32,185 bases of DNA, from positions 18,236-50,420 of the forward strand of contig DLMX01000052.1 of assembly GCA_002479405.1 (NCBI GenBank), written 5' to 3'. Shown piece by piece: positions 1 through 9,888 of the stretch. The stretch's first letter is position 1, and each line of letters begins with the position of its first letter. Source of the DNA: Methylophilaceae bacterium UBA7525 (GTDB taxonomy: Bacteria > Pseudomonadota > Gammaproteobacteria > Burkholderiales > Methylophilaceae). A program made the translations under genes and the position numbers. Under the pieces are notes generated by a model. It was not told the DNA's origin. It worked only from the letters and a program-made list of their open reading frames with translations, and made no database searches.

Positions 1-474
1 CGTTGGGCACCATCCTGTTATGGCGATCAGCCCTGGCGTTTCATCGTCTGGGACAGGAATGCCGATGCCGCTGCCTGGCAGCAGGCCTTCGATTGTCTGG
101 TACCCGGCAATCAGGCCTGGGTCAAGGATGCTCCGGTGCTGCTGCTGATCGCCGCCGACAGCCTGTTCAATCACAATGGCGCCGAAAACCGCTGGGGCCA
201 GTATGACACCGGTGCCGCAGCAGAGAATCTGTGTCTGCAGGCCGCCGGCATGGGTCTGATGGCGCACCAGATGGGCGGTTTTGATCAGGCAAAGGCACGC
301 GCCGCATTCTCGGTCCCTGAACAATTCAGTCTGATGGCGATGATCTCGGTCGGCTACCCCGCAGATATCTCAACACTGAGTGGTGATGCGCTGGAGCGTG
401 AAATGGCAGCGCGTGTACGCCGGCCGTTGGGCGAACTGTTCTTCAGCAAGACCTGGGGTAAACCGGCGGCCTGA
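1..474 (+). CDS. Nitroreductase family protein (5'-truncated by window edge)
   Basis: Frame 1 is open from base 1 (RWAPSCYGDQPWRFIVW...), a nitroreductase APSxxxxQPWRF motif, and continues into the 136..474 ORF (YDTGAAAENLCLQAAGMGLMAHQMGGFD; R-R-PL near the C-terminus). Confidence 0.9.
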   Translation, partial: RWAPSCYGDQPWRFIVWDRNADAAAWQQAFDCLVPGNQAWVKDAPVLLLIAADSLFNHNGAENRWGQYDTGAAAENLCLQAAGMGLMAHQMGGFDQAKARAAFSVPEQFSLMAMISVGYPADISTLSGDALEREMAARVRRPLGELFFSKTWGKPAA

Positions 475-487
475 TTATGGCGAAATC

Positions 488-513
488 CCGGCATCTGCTA
501 GAATGCCGGTTTT
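488..513 (+). terminator. Short hairpin + T-tract after nitroreductase, overlapping a putative extended -10 for thioredoxin
   Basis: CCGGCAT-N8-ATGCCGG followed by TTTT; TGcTAGAAT (496-504) lies across the loop. Confidence 0.45.
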
Positions 514-535
514 ACAGCTAACAGAGAGATGAATC

Positions 536-910
536 ATGGCGGTTTTGCAACTTACCAAGGAAAACTTCAAGGACACTATCGTCAATAACGATTTCGTGAT
601 TGTCGATTTCTGGGCGCCATGGTGCGAACCCTGTGTCGCGTTCACGCCGGTGTTCGAGGCTGCGGCGGAAAAGAATCCGGATATTGTTTTCGGTATGGTC
701 AACACCGAAACCGATCCTGAAATCAGCGAGTATTTCGAGATCAAGCAGATCCCAGGCATCCTCTTCGTGCGTGAGCAGGCTGCCATCCACGCGCAGGTCG
801 GCGAGATCGGTGCTCCTGCGCTGGACAAGATCATTGAATGGGCGCGTGAGAAGGATCTGACTACCGTGCGTGAGTATTATGCAGAACAGGCAGCCAAGGC
901 GCAGAACTGA
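536..910 (+). CDS. Thioredoxin family protein (WCEPC active site)
   Basis: VIVDFWAPWCEPC, cis-Pro motif (QIPG), 124 aa thioredoxin-fold pattern. Confidence 0.9.
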   Translation: MAVLQLTKENFKDTIVNNDFVIVDFWAPWCEPCVAFTPVFEAAAEKNPDIVFGMVNTETDPEISEYFEIKQIPGILFVREQAAIHAQVGEIGAPALDKIIEWAREKDLTTVREYYAEQAAKAQN

Positions 911-922
911 GATGCCGTAGCC

Positions 923-967
923 ATGAGCGATAAAAAAGCCGCTTGATGCGGCTTTTTTATCGCTCAT
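923..967. terminator. Bidirectional rho-independent terminator
   Basis: Perfect 20-bp inverted repeat ATGAGCGATAAAAAAGCCGC-ttgat-GCGGCTTTTTTATCGCTCAT between convergent genes. Confidence 0.9.
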
Positions 968-980
968 CGCTGGCGGGTTG

Positions 981-1223
981 TCAAATGAGCAGGCAAAGTG
1001 CCAGCAGGGGTGTCAGGTTCAGGAGCAGGATACCGATCTTGTAGACCGCCATTCCTGCATAGTGGACGGTATCGAATGTCTGTATGGTCATGTTGAACCA
1101 GCGCGTATGCAGACGATAGATCCAGTCGTGGGCAAACAGCAGGACGCCGAACCAGATAAGCAAAATCAGATAATTGATGAGCAGGCTGTATAACAGCAGG
1201 TCGTGAATCAGCTCGATATTCAT
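981..1223 (-). CDS. Small membrane protein (DUF6868-like)
   Basis: 80 aa, two hydrophobic segments, 'FAHDWIYRLHTRWF...FDTVHYAGMAVYKIGILLLN' pattern; strong RBS AGGAGGAGG. Confidence 0.75.
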   Translation of the reverse strand: MNIELIHDLLLYSLLINYLILLIWFGVLLFAHDWIYRLHTRWFNMTIQTFDTVHYAGMAVYKIGILLLNLTPLLALCLLI

Positions 1224-1250
1224 GATGGGTCCTCCTCCTTCTTCAATGAC

Positions 1251-1589
1251 TTACAGTGAACCGGTGGTGATCAGCCGGTAAAGAAAGAATGCACCAATCG
1301 CCATCATGGCGTAGAGCGGAATGTCGCCGCGTTTGGTTGCATTGCCGTCCGGTGCAGAATTTATCCAGCGCCAGAACAGATATAGCACGAATGCCAGGAC
1401 AACTGCGCTGACCAATCCCCCCGTCGAACTGAGCAGACTCTTCAGCCATTGCTTCAACAGGCCGTTCTCACGAAAGATTTCATAGGCAATGCCGATGATG
1501 CCCAACAGCATCAACCCCATACGGCCCAAGGCGAGCATGGTTTCAAGCAGGGAGTCCGGTTTTTTGTCACCGTAATTATCTTTGGCCAT
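1251..1589 (-). CDS. Hypothetical membrane protein (about 3 TM helices)
   Basis: 112 aa with three hydrophobic stretches; co-oriented with and packed between nlpD and the DUF6868-like gene. Confidence 0.7.
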   Translation of the reverse strand: MAKDNYGDKKPDSLLETMLALGRMGLMLLGIIGIAYEIFRENGLLKQWLKSLLSSTGGLVSAVVLAFVLYLFWRWINSAPDGNATKRGDIPLYAMMAIGAFFLYRLITTGSL

Positions 1590-1622
1590 CTCGATTTTCC
1601 GTATGTTTGTACAGCAGGTAGT

Positions 1623-2633
1623 TTATCCCGGATTGGCGGGCAGGAAGTCAGCCGGATTGACGGATTTGCCCTGACGGCGAATCTCGAAATGCAGTTTGAC
1701 GCGATCGGCATCGGTGTCGCCCATTTCGGCGATTTTTTGACCGCGTGCAACTGCCTGGCCTTCTTTGACGAGAATCTTGCTGTTGTGCGCATAGACTGAA
1801 AGAAACTCGTCATTGTGCTTGACGATGACCAGTCTGCCATAACCACGCAGATCTGAGCCGCTGTAGATGACCTTGCCGGGGGCTGCGGCCAGAATCGATT
1901 GTCCGGCGCTGCCACCGATATCAATGCCTTTGGCGTTGCCACCTTCGTTAAAGCCAGCCAGCAGTTTGCCGTTGGTCGGCCATGCCCAGGTAATGCCGGC
2001 ACTAGTTGCTGTGGCTGTTGGAGGCTTGATTTCCTCTGTCCTGGCGGGTTCTGCCGCAGACGCTGGTGCAGCCTGCTGAGTGACCGGTGCTGGCGCAGAT
2101 GCTGGGGCTGGTGTAGTGGCGGGGGCGGTCTTGGTTTCTACGATGGGTGTATTCAAGGCCTGCTCACTGTAGGGCTCGCGTAAAGCGATGGGGCTGCTTA
2201 TCAGTGGGGCGCCTGCCGGAGCCGTTACAGTCTGCCCGCCGCTGCTTGCTGTCGAGCCTTCCGCCGAACTGTCTTCGATGACGCTGCTATCGACACTGCC
2301 CATATCCAGTGGTGTGATGACGACATCGCTGCTGTCAGCCTCGGCTGCCGGCGCAGGGGGAGGACTGCCAGGTTTCAGTTTGAGCCGTTGACCGACATAG
2401 ATGGTATAAGGTGGGCTAATGTTGTTGGCGCGGGCGATTTCCTTGTAGTCGTAGCCATGTTCGAGGCCGATGCTGTATAGCGTATCGCCTTTCTTCACAG
2501 TGTAGAGGTCGGGACGCCAGTCCTTTTCGGCAGGCTTGGCAACGGGCATGCGATCGATGACAGGCGCCTTGGATGGAGGCGCGCAGCCGATGATGAGGGT
2601 GGAGACAAGAGCAAGACCGATATAACGTATCAA
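1623..2633 (-). CDS. nlpD: LysM + M23 peptidase-like lipoprotein NlpD
   Basis: Lipobox IIGC, LysM (YTVKKGDTLYSIG), Pro/Ala/Ser linker, M23-like domain (KGIDIGG, YAHN, LHFEIR); follows surE-pcm. Confidence 0.93.
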   Translation of the reverse strand: MIRYIGLALVSTLIIGCAPPSKAPVIDRMPVAKPAEKDWRPDLYTVKKGDTLYSIGLEHGYDYKEIARANNISPPYTIYVGQRLKLKPGSPPPAPAAEADSSDVVITPLDMGSVDSSVIEDSSAEGSTASSGGQTVTAPAGAPLISSPIALREPYSEQALNTPIVETKTAPATTPAPASAPAPVTQQAAPASAAEPARTEEIKPPTATATSAGITWAWPTNGKLLAGFNEGGNAKGIDIGGSAGQSILAAAPGKVIYSGSDLRGYGRLVIVKHNDEFLSVYAHNSKILVKEGQAVARGQKIAEMGDTDADRVKLHFEIRRQGKSVNPADFLPANPG

Positions 2634-2672
2634 ACCTGAAGATTCCCCTGCATAAAAATTAATGTGAATGCT

Positions 2673-3329
2673 TTAGCTGGTGCCGCCAAGCAATGGGACA
2701 AACTTGACGGCTTCGAGTTTAGTCTGCAGATATTCCGTTGGCGTGCGCTCGATCAGGTATAACGTCTGCTCTTCTGTCCCAACGGGAATGACCATGCGCC
2801 CGCCGATGGCCAGTTGTGTCAGCAGATCTTCCGGGATGTGACCGGATGCCGCCGTTACGATGATACCGTCGAATGGCGCCAGCTCCGGCAAACCCATGGT
2901 GCCGTCGGCATGTTTCAGTTTGATGTTGCGCATGCGTAGCTCGCGCAGGTTGCCGCGCGCCTTCATCAGCAAAGGGCTGATACGCTCCACCGAATAGACC
3001 TCTTTGACAAGTTTCGATAATACTGCGGTTTGATAACCGCAGCCGGTGCCGATTTCCAGTACCTTGCCCAGATTGCCATTGCCGCGCAGGATCTCGGTCA
3101 TGCGGGCGACGATATAGGGTTGCGAGATGGTCTGGCCGAAACCGATGGGCAGCGAGACATCCTCATAGGCGCGTGAGGACAATGCCTCATCGACGAAGAT
3201 ATGGCGCGGGATGGCGCCCATCGCCGCCAGCGTCACCTCGTCCCGGATCCCTTGTTCACGCAGGCGCGACAGCATGCGGCTCCGTGTCCGTTGCGAAGTC
3301 ATGCCGATACCACTCATTACCGGGCTCAT
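2673..3329 (-). CDS. pcm: Protein-L-isoaspartate O-methyltransferase
   Basis: [43 protein letters not shown] motifs. Confidence 0.96.
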   Translation of the reverse strand: MSPVMSGIGMTSQRTRSRMLSRLREQGIRDEVTLAAMGAIPRHIFVDEALSSRAYEDVSLPIGFGQTISQPYIVARMTEILRGNGNLGKVLEIGTGCGYQTAVLSKLVKEVYSVERISPLLMKARGNLRELRMRNIKLKHADGTMGLPELAPFDGIIVTAASGHIPEDLLTQLAIGGRMVIPVGTEEQTLYLIERTPTEYLQTKLEAVKFVPLLGGTS

Positions 3330-3377
3330 ATACTTTGCTCTGCCATTTTCATATTCTGATTCTTTTGCCCGGATCTG

Positions 3378-4121
3378 TTAAACGCCCAGCCATTGGCCGA
3401 TCTGGTCGATCTGCCTGTGCTGGGTAAGGTCAACCTGCAACGGCGTGATCGAAACCTGTTCTGCCGCAACCGCATAGAAGTCCGTGCCTGCTCCGGCGTC
3501 CTGGGCATTGCCTGCAGCGCCCACCCAGTAGACGGTCTCGCCTCTCGGGGTGTTGGTCTTGATCACCGGTTCTGCCTTGTGGCGCTTACCCAGCCGTGTC
3601 ACAGCCATGCCATGCAGTTCGTCATAGGGGATATCCGGCACATTGATGTTGAGCAACAACGGCGGCGGCAGGCCGGTTTTTTCATAACGTTTGACCAGGT
3701 CGACCATGACGCGAGCCGCTGTTTCGAAATACTGTGCGTTGTGGCGTGACATGGAGACGGCAAAAGACGGAATGTCGAGCAGATAACCTTCCATGGCGGC
3801 TGCGACGGTGCCGGAATAGATCGTGTCGTCACCCATATTGGCGCCATCGTTGATGCCTGAGATGACCATATCCGGCAATTCGCTCAGGAGGCCGGTGACG
3901 GCCAGATGCACGCAGTCGGTCGGTGTGCCGTTGACGTAATAAGTGCCGCTGCTGGTCTGGCGGACGGTGAGCGGGCGATCCAGGGTCAGGGAGTTACTGG
4001 CGCCGCTACGGTTGCGCTCCGGCGCCACCACCATGATATCGGCAATCTCGGAAAGATGTTCTGCCAGGATGTTGAGACCGGGCGCGAAATAGCCGTCATC
4101 ATTGGAAAGAAGGATACGCAT
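3378..4121 (-). CDS. surE: 5'/3'-nucleotidase SurE
   Basis: [41 protein letters not shown] motifs. Confidence 0.97.
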   Translation of the reverse strand: MRILLSNDDGYFAPGLNILAEHLSEIADIMVVAPERNRSGASNSLTLDRPLTVRQTSSGTYYVNGTPTDCVHLAVTGLLSELPDMVISGINDGANMGDDTIYSGTVAAAMEGYLLDIPSFAVSMSRHNAQYFETAARVMVDLVKRYEKTGLPPPLLLNINVPDIPYDELHGMAVTRLGKRHKAEPVIKTNTPRGETVYWVGAAGNAQDAGAGTDFYAVAAEQVSITPLQVDLTQHRQIDQIGQWLGV

Positions 4122-4156
4122 GCGCCGATTATAACCGAGTCGTGCACAAGTTTTAA
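4122..4156 (-). promoter_or_regulatory. Putative sigma-70 promoter giving a leaderless surE mRNA
   Basis: Minus strand reads TTAAAA-N17-TATAAT-cggcgc-ATG; no Shine-Dalgarno. Confidence 0.6.
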
Positions 4157-4169
4157 TGCGAGAAATACA

Positions 4170-4514
4170 TCAGGCCCGATGATTACCGGTCAGTCTCGCA
4201 TAAAAAATCGCGCAGAAAAAGAAAATCACGGTGAGCAGGACTTCAAGCAAGGCCAGCTGCGCCGACAGTCCTGCATCCGACCATGCCCTGACCACGCCTT
4301 CTGTGAAGTAAAGCAGGATGAACATGGATGCCCACTGATAGGTGTAGCGTTTGCCGCGCAGGATGCCGAACAGCGGCAGCAGTAGCGGCACGGCCTTGAG
4401 GATGAGCATGGAGCCTTCCGGCCGCAACGGCGCCAGCCAGCCTTCCCATGCGAGGCAGAGCAGGATGAGGGTGATCAAGGTGACACTGGCGCCGATGCGG
4501 AGTGCGGATTTCAT
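4170..4514 (-). CDS. DUF2069 family membrane protein
   Basis: WLAPLRPEGS, LKAVPLL, RYTYQWASMFILLYFTEG; start placed at 4514 (ATGA overlap with upstream stop) rather than 4523. Confidence 0.88.
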   Translation of the reverse strand: MKSALRIGASVTLITLILLCLAWEGWLAPLRPEGSMLILKAVPLLLPLFGILRGKRYTYQWASMFILLYFTEGVVRAWSDAGLSAQLALLEVLLTVIFFFCAIFYARLTGNHRA

Positions 4515-5208
4515 GTGCGGCATGCCTTTGCCATTTCGACCAATGTGGCGCGTGCCTCCCCGGCATCATGGATGGATTGTGCAAAGTTGAAACGCAGAAT
4601 CTGTGCGTCAGCCCGCAGGTCGAAGCCGTCGCTGTCTATGCCTGTCATCTCGATCTGCTGCGGTGTGATGCCGTGAAACTGCTGGCAGTAGTTTTTCATG
4701 TTGGTCTGGTGGTCCTGGTTCATGTGTTCGATGATGCCCGCTTCCTGTGCAATCAATGGGGTGCGCGGCGATCTGAATTCGGCACCATCGATCCATCCCA
4801 TGCTGCCGAAGCCGGCGATGTAACGCGCATGCTGAATCTGCAGCCGGTAAAAGAGGAAATCGTGCATGGCGAAGTATTGCGCGGCTTGCGGAAAATAACG
4901 CAGATAGCGCGCCTTCAGCAATTCGTCCTGTTTGTCGGTTTGCTCAGCCACACCAAGTAGCGTCAGGCGGGCATTGGCCTGCAGGTCCTCGGCACCGGCG
5001 AACACCAGCAGCGAAACCTTGCAATCGGCCATGATGTTCTTCGTGTGTTCTGCGATTGTACTGATCAGCAGCAGCGGCTGACCGTCGTGATCGAGCACGA
5101 AAGGGGCGACGGAACCGAACGGATAGCCGGGAAATTTTACCGAGTTGGTGCACAGCATGCCGCTATGCGTGCTGCGCAGGAACTGCCTTGCTTCAATGGT
5201 CAGTGACA

Positions 5209-5209
<1 letters not shown>
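4511..5209 (-). CDS. HugZ/HutZ-like pyridoxamine 5'-phosphate oxidase-fold protein with DUF2470 domain
   Basis: GYPFGSVAPF, ISTIAEHTKNI, ARLTLLG, YIAGFGSMGW, IIEHMNQDH, GIDSDGFDL. Confidence 0.85.
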
Positions 5210-6596
<1,387 letters not shown>

Positions 6597-6690
6597 TGAG
6601 ATATCCCCTGGAATCGGCAGTATTGTGAAGTGAGTCGAAGTGGGTTCAAACCGGCTTCGCTATCCGGCTTTACTACCCAATTCACCATGC

Positions 6691-9600
6691 TCATTTGAAG
6701 CTGAAAGTATACAGGACATCGACCGCGCTTTCCGAGCCAGCCTGGGTCCTGACCGACCAGTTTCTGGTGAGGTCGTAGGTCAGTCTGGCAACATTCAACA
6801 GCCCTGTGACTTCCTTTTCGTAACTCAGGTAGAGATTGGATGCCAGGCGTTTGCCGAGGGTGACGCGGGCAGTTTCGGCATCGCTGCCGCCGACATGGAA
6901 GGTATCAAGTCCGGCAGCGCGGGCGAAGCGTGTCTGCAGCGGAACAGACTGGCCTTGTGACAGCAGTGCGCCGGCTGCCAGCGACAGCATTGCGAACTGG
7001 TCCTGGCCGACGCGATCCATGCCATGACCCAGCACCAGCCAGGCGAGCTTTTCGCTGTCTGACACTTCGGGGATGGAAACCAGCTTGACTGCGGGGTTGA
7101 GTACGGTGCCGCGAATCTCTACGCCGGCCCGCACGGCCAGATTCTGGCGCAGTGCAAGGATATTGAGCCCCGGATTATCGACCGGTCCGCTGAAGACGAG
7201 CTGGCCGCGCTCGATGTTGAGCACCTGGCCGTAGGCCATGTAGGTGCCGGCGGCGTTGATCGCGCCTTCTGCCAGCAATGACTGTCCAGGCTGGCCGTTG
7301 AGTGTGATGCTGCCTTTAAGCGTGCTGTCCAGTCCGCGGCCGCGCAGTACGAACAGGCTGCCGGTTCTGTTGCTGATGCCGATTTTCAGAGCGGATACTT
7401 TCAGTTGCAGCGGATGATCTTCGACTTCTGCCTCGCTACCGATAACGATGACATCGTCACTCAATGCCGGTTTGTCTTCAGCCTCCAGTTCGATCAGGCC
7501 GCGGGTGATCTCGACCTCGCCGCTCACCTCCATCAGCTTGCCGTTGAACCGGGTATCGATATCGCCTTCGATGATCATCATGCGATCGGTACGTGACACC
7601 GCTGTGAAGTTTTCGGCATGCCATTGCAGTGCCAATTGCGGTCTGCTGTCCTGCAGACTCAGCGAGCCTTTTGCAGTCAGAAAACCGTCACCGCCTTTGA
7701 ATCGGGCCTGATTGATCAGGAGCCGATCATTGCTGAAGTTGGCGTCGAGTATGCCATTGGTCAGGTTGACACCCTCGCCGGGCATCATCAGTGTGAGGTT
7801 TTGTCCCTGAAGCGTGCCTTGCAGCCGGGGCTGTGCAATGCTGCCCTTGCCTCGCAGTGCCATATTGATCTGGCCGTCGATTATGGTGCCCATCATATTT
7901 TCCGGTAGTGGAATCCAGAGCAGTGACTTCAGTCTGGCATCGGCGCTGACTTCCAATGGAGCTTGCTGATTGAGGGCGAATCCGGACGGAATGCGGTCGA
8001 GTTGTGTGGCAAGCGCAAAGCGCAGTTCTCCCAGCTGCTTGCCGATACCCTGGACGCTGATGCTAACCCTGTTTTTCTCAAGCTGCAGGTTGGCCGTCAG
8101 TTCGCTCATTTCAAGCTGCCTGATGCTGCCATCGGCAGTGGTGATGCCGATGTCGCCGTCAACAAGTTTGATCCCGGCATGGCCGTTGGCTTCGTCATCT
8201 GCCTTGATGTCCCAGCTGCCGGAAAACACCGGGTTGCCTGACATATTGGCGGGTAGCGTAAACAACAGCTGCGGTATGGCTGTGAGCTCGAGTTTGTCCA
8301 GACGGCCGCGCGTGGTCAGTTGGCCCCTGCCGTTTTTCAGCTGGTCGATATGGAGATGGCCGTTGGCAAAGCGCAGCGCCAGCTGTTCCAGGCTGAAACC
8401 AAGGTCGGCGTCGTACTGCAGTCTTGCCTTGCCTTGCATCTCGACCGGCCGGTCGCCCTGATAGCTGAGTTTTTCCAGTTGCGCCTGCCATTGTCCGCTT
8501 TCAGCGATGCGGCCATTGATCAGTATATGCAGTTGAGACGGCTTGGCGCTTTGCTCGGTCGCTGTCGTCCTGAGCTCGATCTGGTGCTGATTCTGATTTC
8601 CGTGCAGTATCAGACTGGCATTGAATGGTGCATTGCCTGCCAGACTGAAATTCTCGGCGCGTATTTCCATGTTCAGAGGCGCGTCATGAGTCTTGCTCAA
8701 CGCTGCCTTGCCGGACAGCTTCTCGATGCGCATATCGCCAGCCAGGCTCAGTTGTTCGGCAAGCCACTTCATGTTGAGTGCCAGGCTGTCGAACGGGCCG
8801 GTTATTTTGCCCTGGGCGTTGAAACGACCACTCAGCGACTGCTTGAAAGCCGAGAGGTCCTCGAAGCCTGCCTGCCAGCTTAACGTGGATTCCGGCTTGC
8901 CCAGTGTGCCGTGCGCCTGCAAGCGGTTGTTACGCAAGCGGGCATTCAGTTCGATCTGCTCGATGGTCTTCCCGAGCAGACGTGCGCTGGCTTTAATATC
9001 CAGCGGTGCGTTCTGCCAGACACTGTCGACGGATTCCAGACGGATACGCAGGTCGGTCTGCGGTGCCAGCTGGCCTTGTAACAGCAGGTCGGCATCAAGT
9101 CTGTCATGCTTGCTGCCATTAAATTCACTGCTACTGAATAATGGTGCGAATTCCGTGAATCTGGCGCGGACATCCAACGGCAGTTGGTCATCCAGCCCCA
9201 GCTGGCCGTTGATTGCAATGCGGCCCAGCACGGCGCTTGAATCGATCTTGCCGTGTTCGCGCAGCAGAACCGTCTGATTGCTGATCTTGCCCAGTAGCGC
9301 AGTGGTGCTGAACTGCAGTCGTTGCAGATTGCCTGCTATGTCGAGTTCCAGGTCGTAAGCTTGCGCCGGGCCGGATTTCTCCAGGAACAGCTTGCCGTCG
9401 ATGGGGAAAGGCTTGGCATTGTTCATGGATAGCTTGCTGCTCAGTGTGCCCCATTGTGTTCTGGCGTGTGCCAGTTCAAGCTGCAGTTGACTACTGTCTG
9501 CATCCAGATTGAATGCGACATCTGTCAGCGTATGCCGTTGTTCGCCATCGACAATGACCATCTCGGCGATCCTTGCGGTTTTTATGCGGACGGGGAAGGG

Positions 9601-9888
9601 CAGGTTGATTTTGTCCGGCAACCCTGAACCTGCAGCAGCGGGCAGCGAGTCCTGCACCATGGTGATGATCAGTCTTTTCGCATGCACATCCTCGACCAGC
9701 AGTTTTCCATCAGTCATGGGGGAGATACGCATGCTGGAACCGATGTTTTCCAGCGACAGCTGCATGAAGCCGAGATCGTAGCTGATCCTGTCGACGCTGG
9801 AACTGATACTGATGCTGGCCGCTTGTGCGGTGAGCATGGTATAGAGAAGCGCGGCAGTGAGCGTGGCTTTCAGCAGGCGGCTCAGCAT
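6691..9888 (-). CDS. tamB: Translocation/assembly module inner component TamB
   Basis: 1065 aa beta-rich protein with C-terminal DUF490-like segment (AYGQVLNIERG, GPVDNPGLNI, LAWLVLG, LGKRLASNLYLSYE); coupled to tamA. Confidence 0.9.
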   Translation of the reverse strand: MLSRLLKATLTAALLYTMLTAQAASISISSSVDRISYDLGFMQLSLENIGSSMRISPMTDGKLLVEDVHAKRLIITMVQDSLPAAAGSGLPDKINLPFPVRIKTARIAEMVIVDGEQRHTLTDVAFNLDADSSQLQLELAHARTQWGTLSSKLSMNNAKPFPIDGKLFLEKSGPAQAYDLELDIAGNLQRLQFSTTALLGKISNQTVLLREHGKIDSSAVLGRIAINGQLGLDDQLPLDVRARFTEFAPLFSSSEFNGSKHDRLDADLLLQGQLAPQTDLRIRLESVDSVWQNAPLDIKASARLLGKTIEQIELNARLRNNRLQAHGTLGKPESTLSWQAGFEDLSAFKQSLSGRFNAQGKITGPFDSLALNMKWLAEQLSLAGDMRIEKLSGKAALSKTHDAPLNMEIRAENFSLAGNAPFNASLILHGNQNQHQIELRTTATEQSAKPSQLHILINGRIAESGQWQAQLEKLSYQGDRPVEMQGKARLQYDADLGFSLEQLALRFANGHLHIDQLKNGRGQLTTRGRLDKLELTAIPQLLFTLPANMSGNPVFSGSWDIKADDEANGHAGIKLVDGDIGITTADGSIRQLEMSELTANLQLEKNRVSISVQGIGKQLGELRFALATQLDRIPSGFALNQQAPLEVSADARLKSLLWIPLPENMMGTIIDGQINMALRGKGSIAQPRLQGTLQGQNLTLMMPGEGVNLTNGILDANFSNDRLLINQARFKGGDGFLTAKGSLSLQDSRPQLALQWHAENFTAVSRTDRMMIIEGDIDTRFNGKLMEVSGEVEITRGLIELEAEDKPALSDDVIVIGSEAEVEDHPLQLKVSALKIGISNRTGSLFVLRGRGLDSTLKGSITLNGQPGQSLLAEGAINAAGTYMAYGQVLNIERGQLVFSGPVDNPGLNILALRQNLAVRAGVEIRGTVLNPAVKLVSIPEVSDSEKLAWLVLGHGMDRVGQDQFAMLSLAAGALLSQGQSVPLQTRFARAAGLDTFHVGGSDAETARVTLGKRLASNLYLSYEKEVTGLLNVARLTYDLTRNWSVRTQAGSESAVDVLYTFSFK

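Noticed and set aside
1599-1614. LexA-box-like CTGT-acaaacat-ACGG (minus strand) before the 112-aa gene
   Set aside because: Mismatch falls in the essential CAG half-site and it overlaps the likely RBS; chance match is plausible.
2020-2380. Low-complexity Pro/Ala/Ser/Thr stretch in nlpD
   Set aside because: Normal disordered NlpD linker; no nucleotide tandem repeat.
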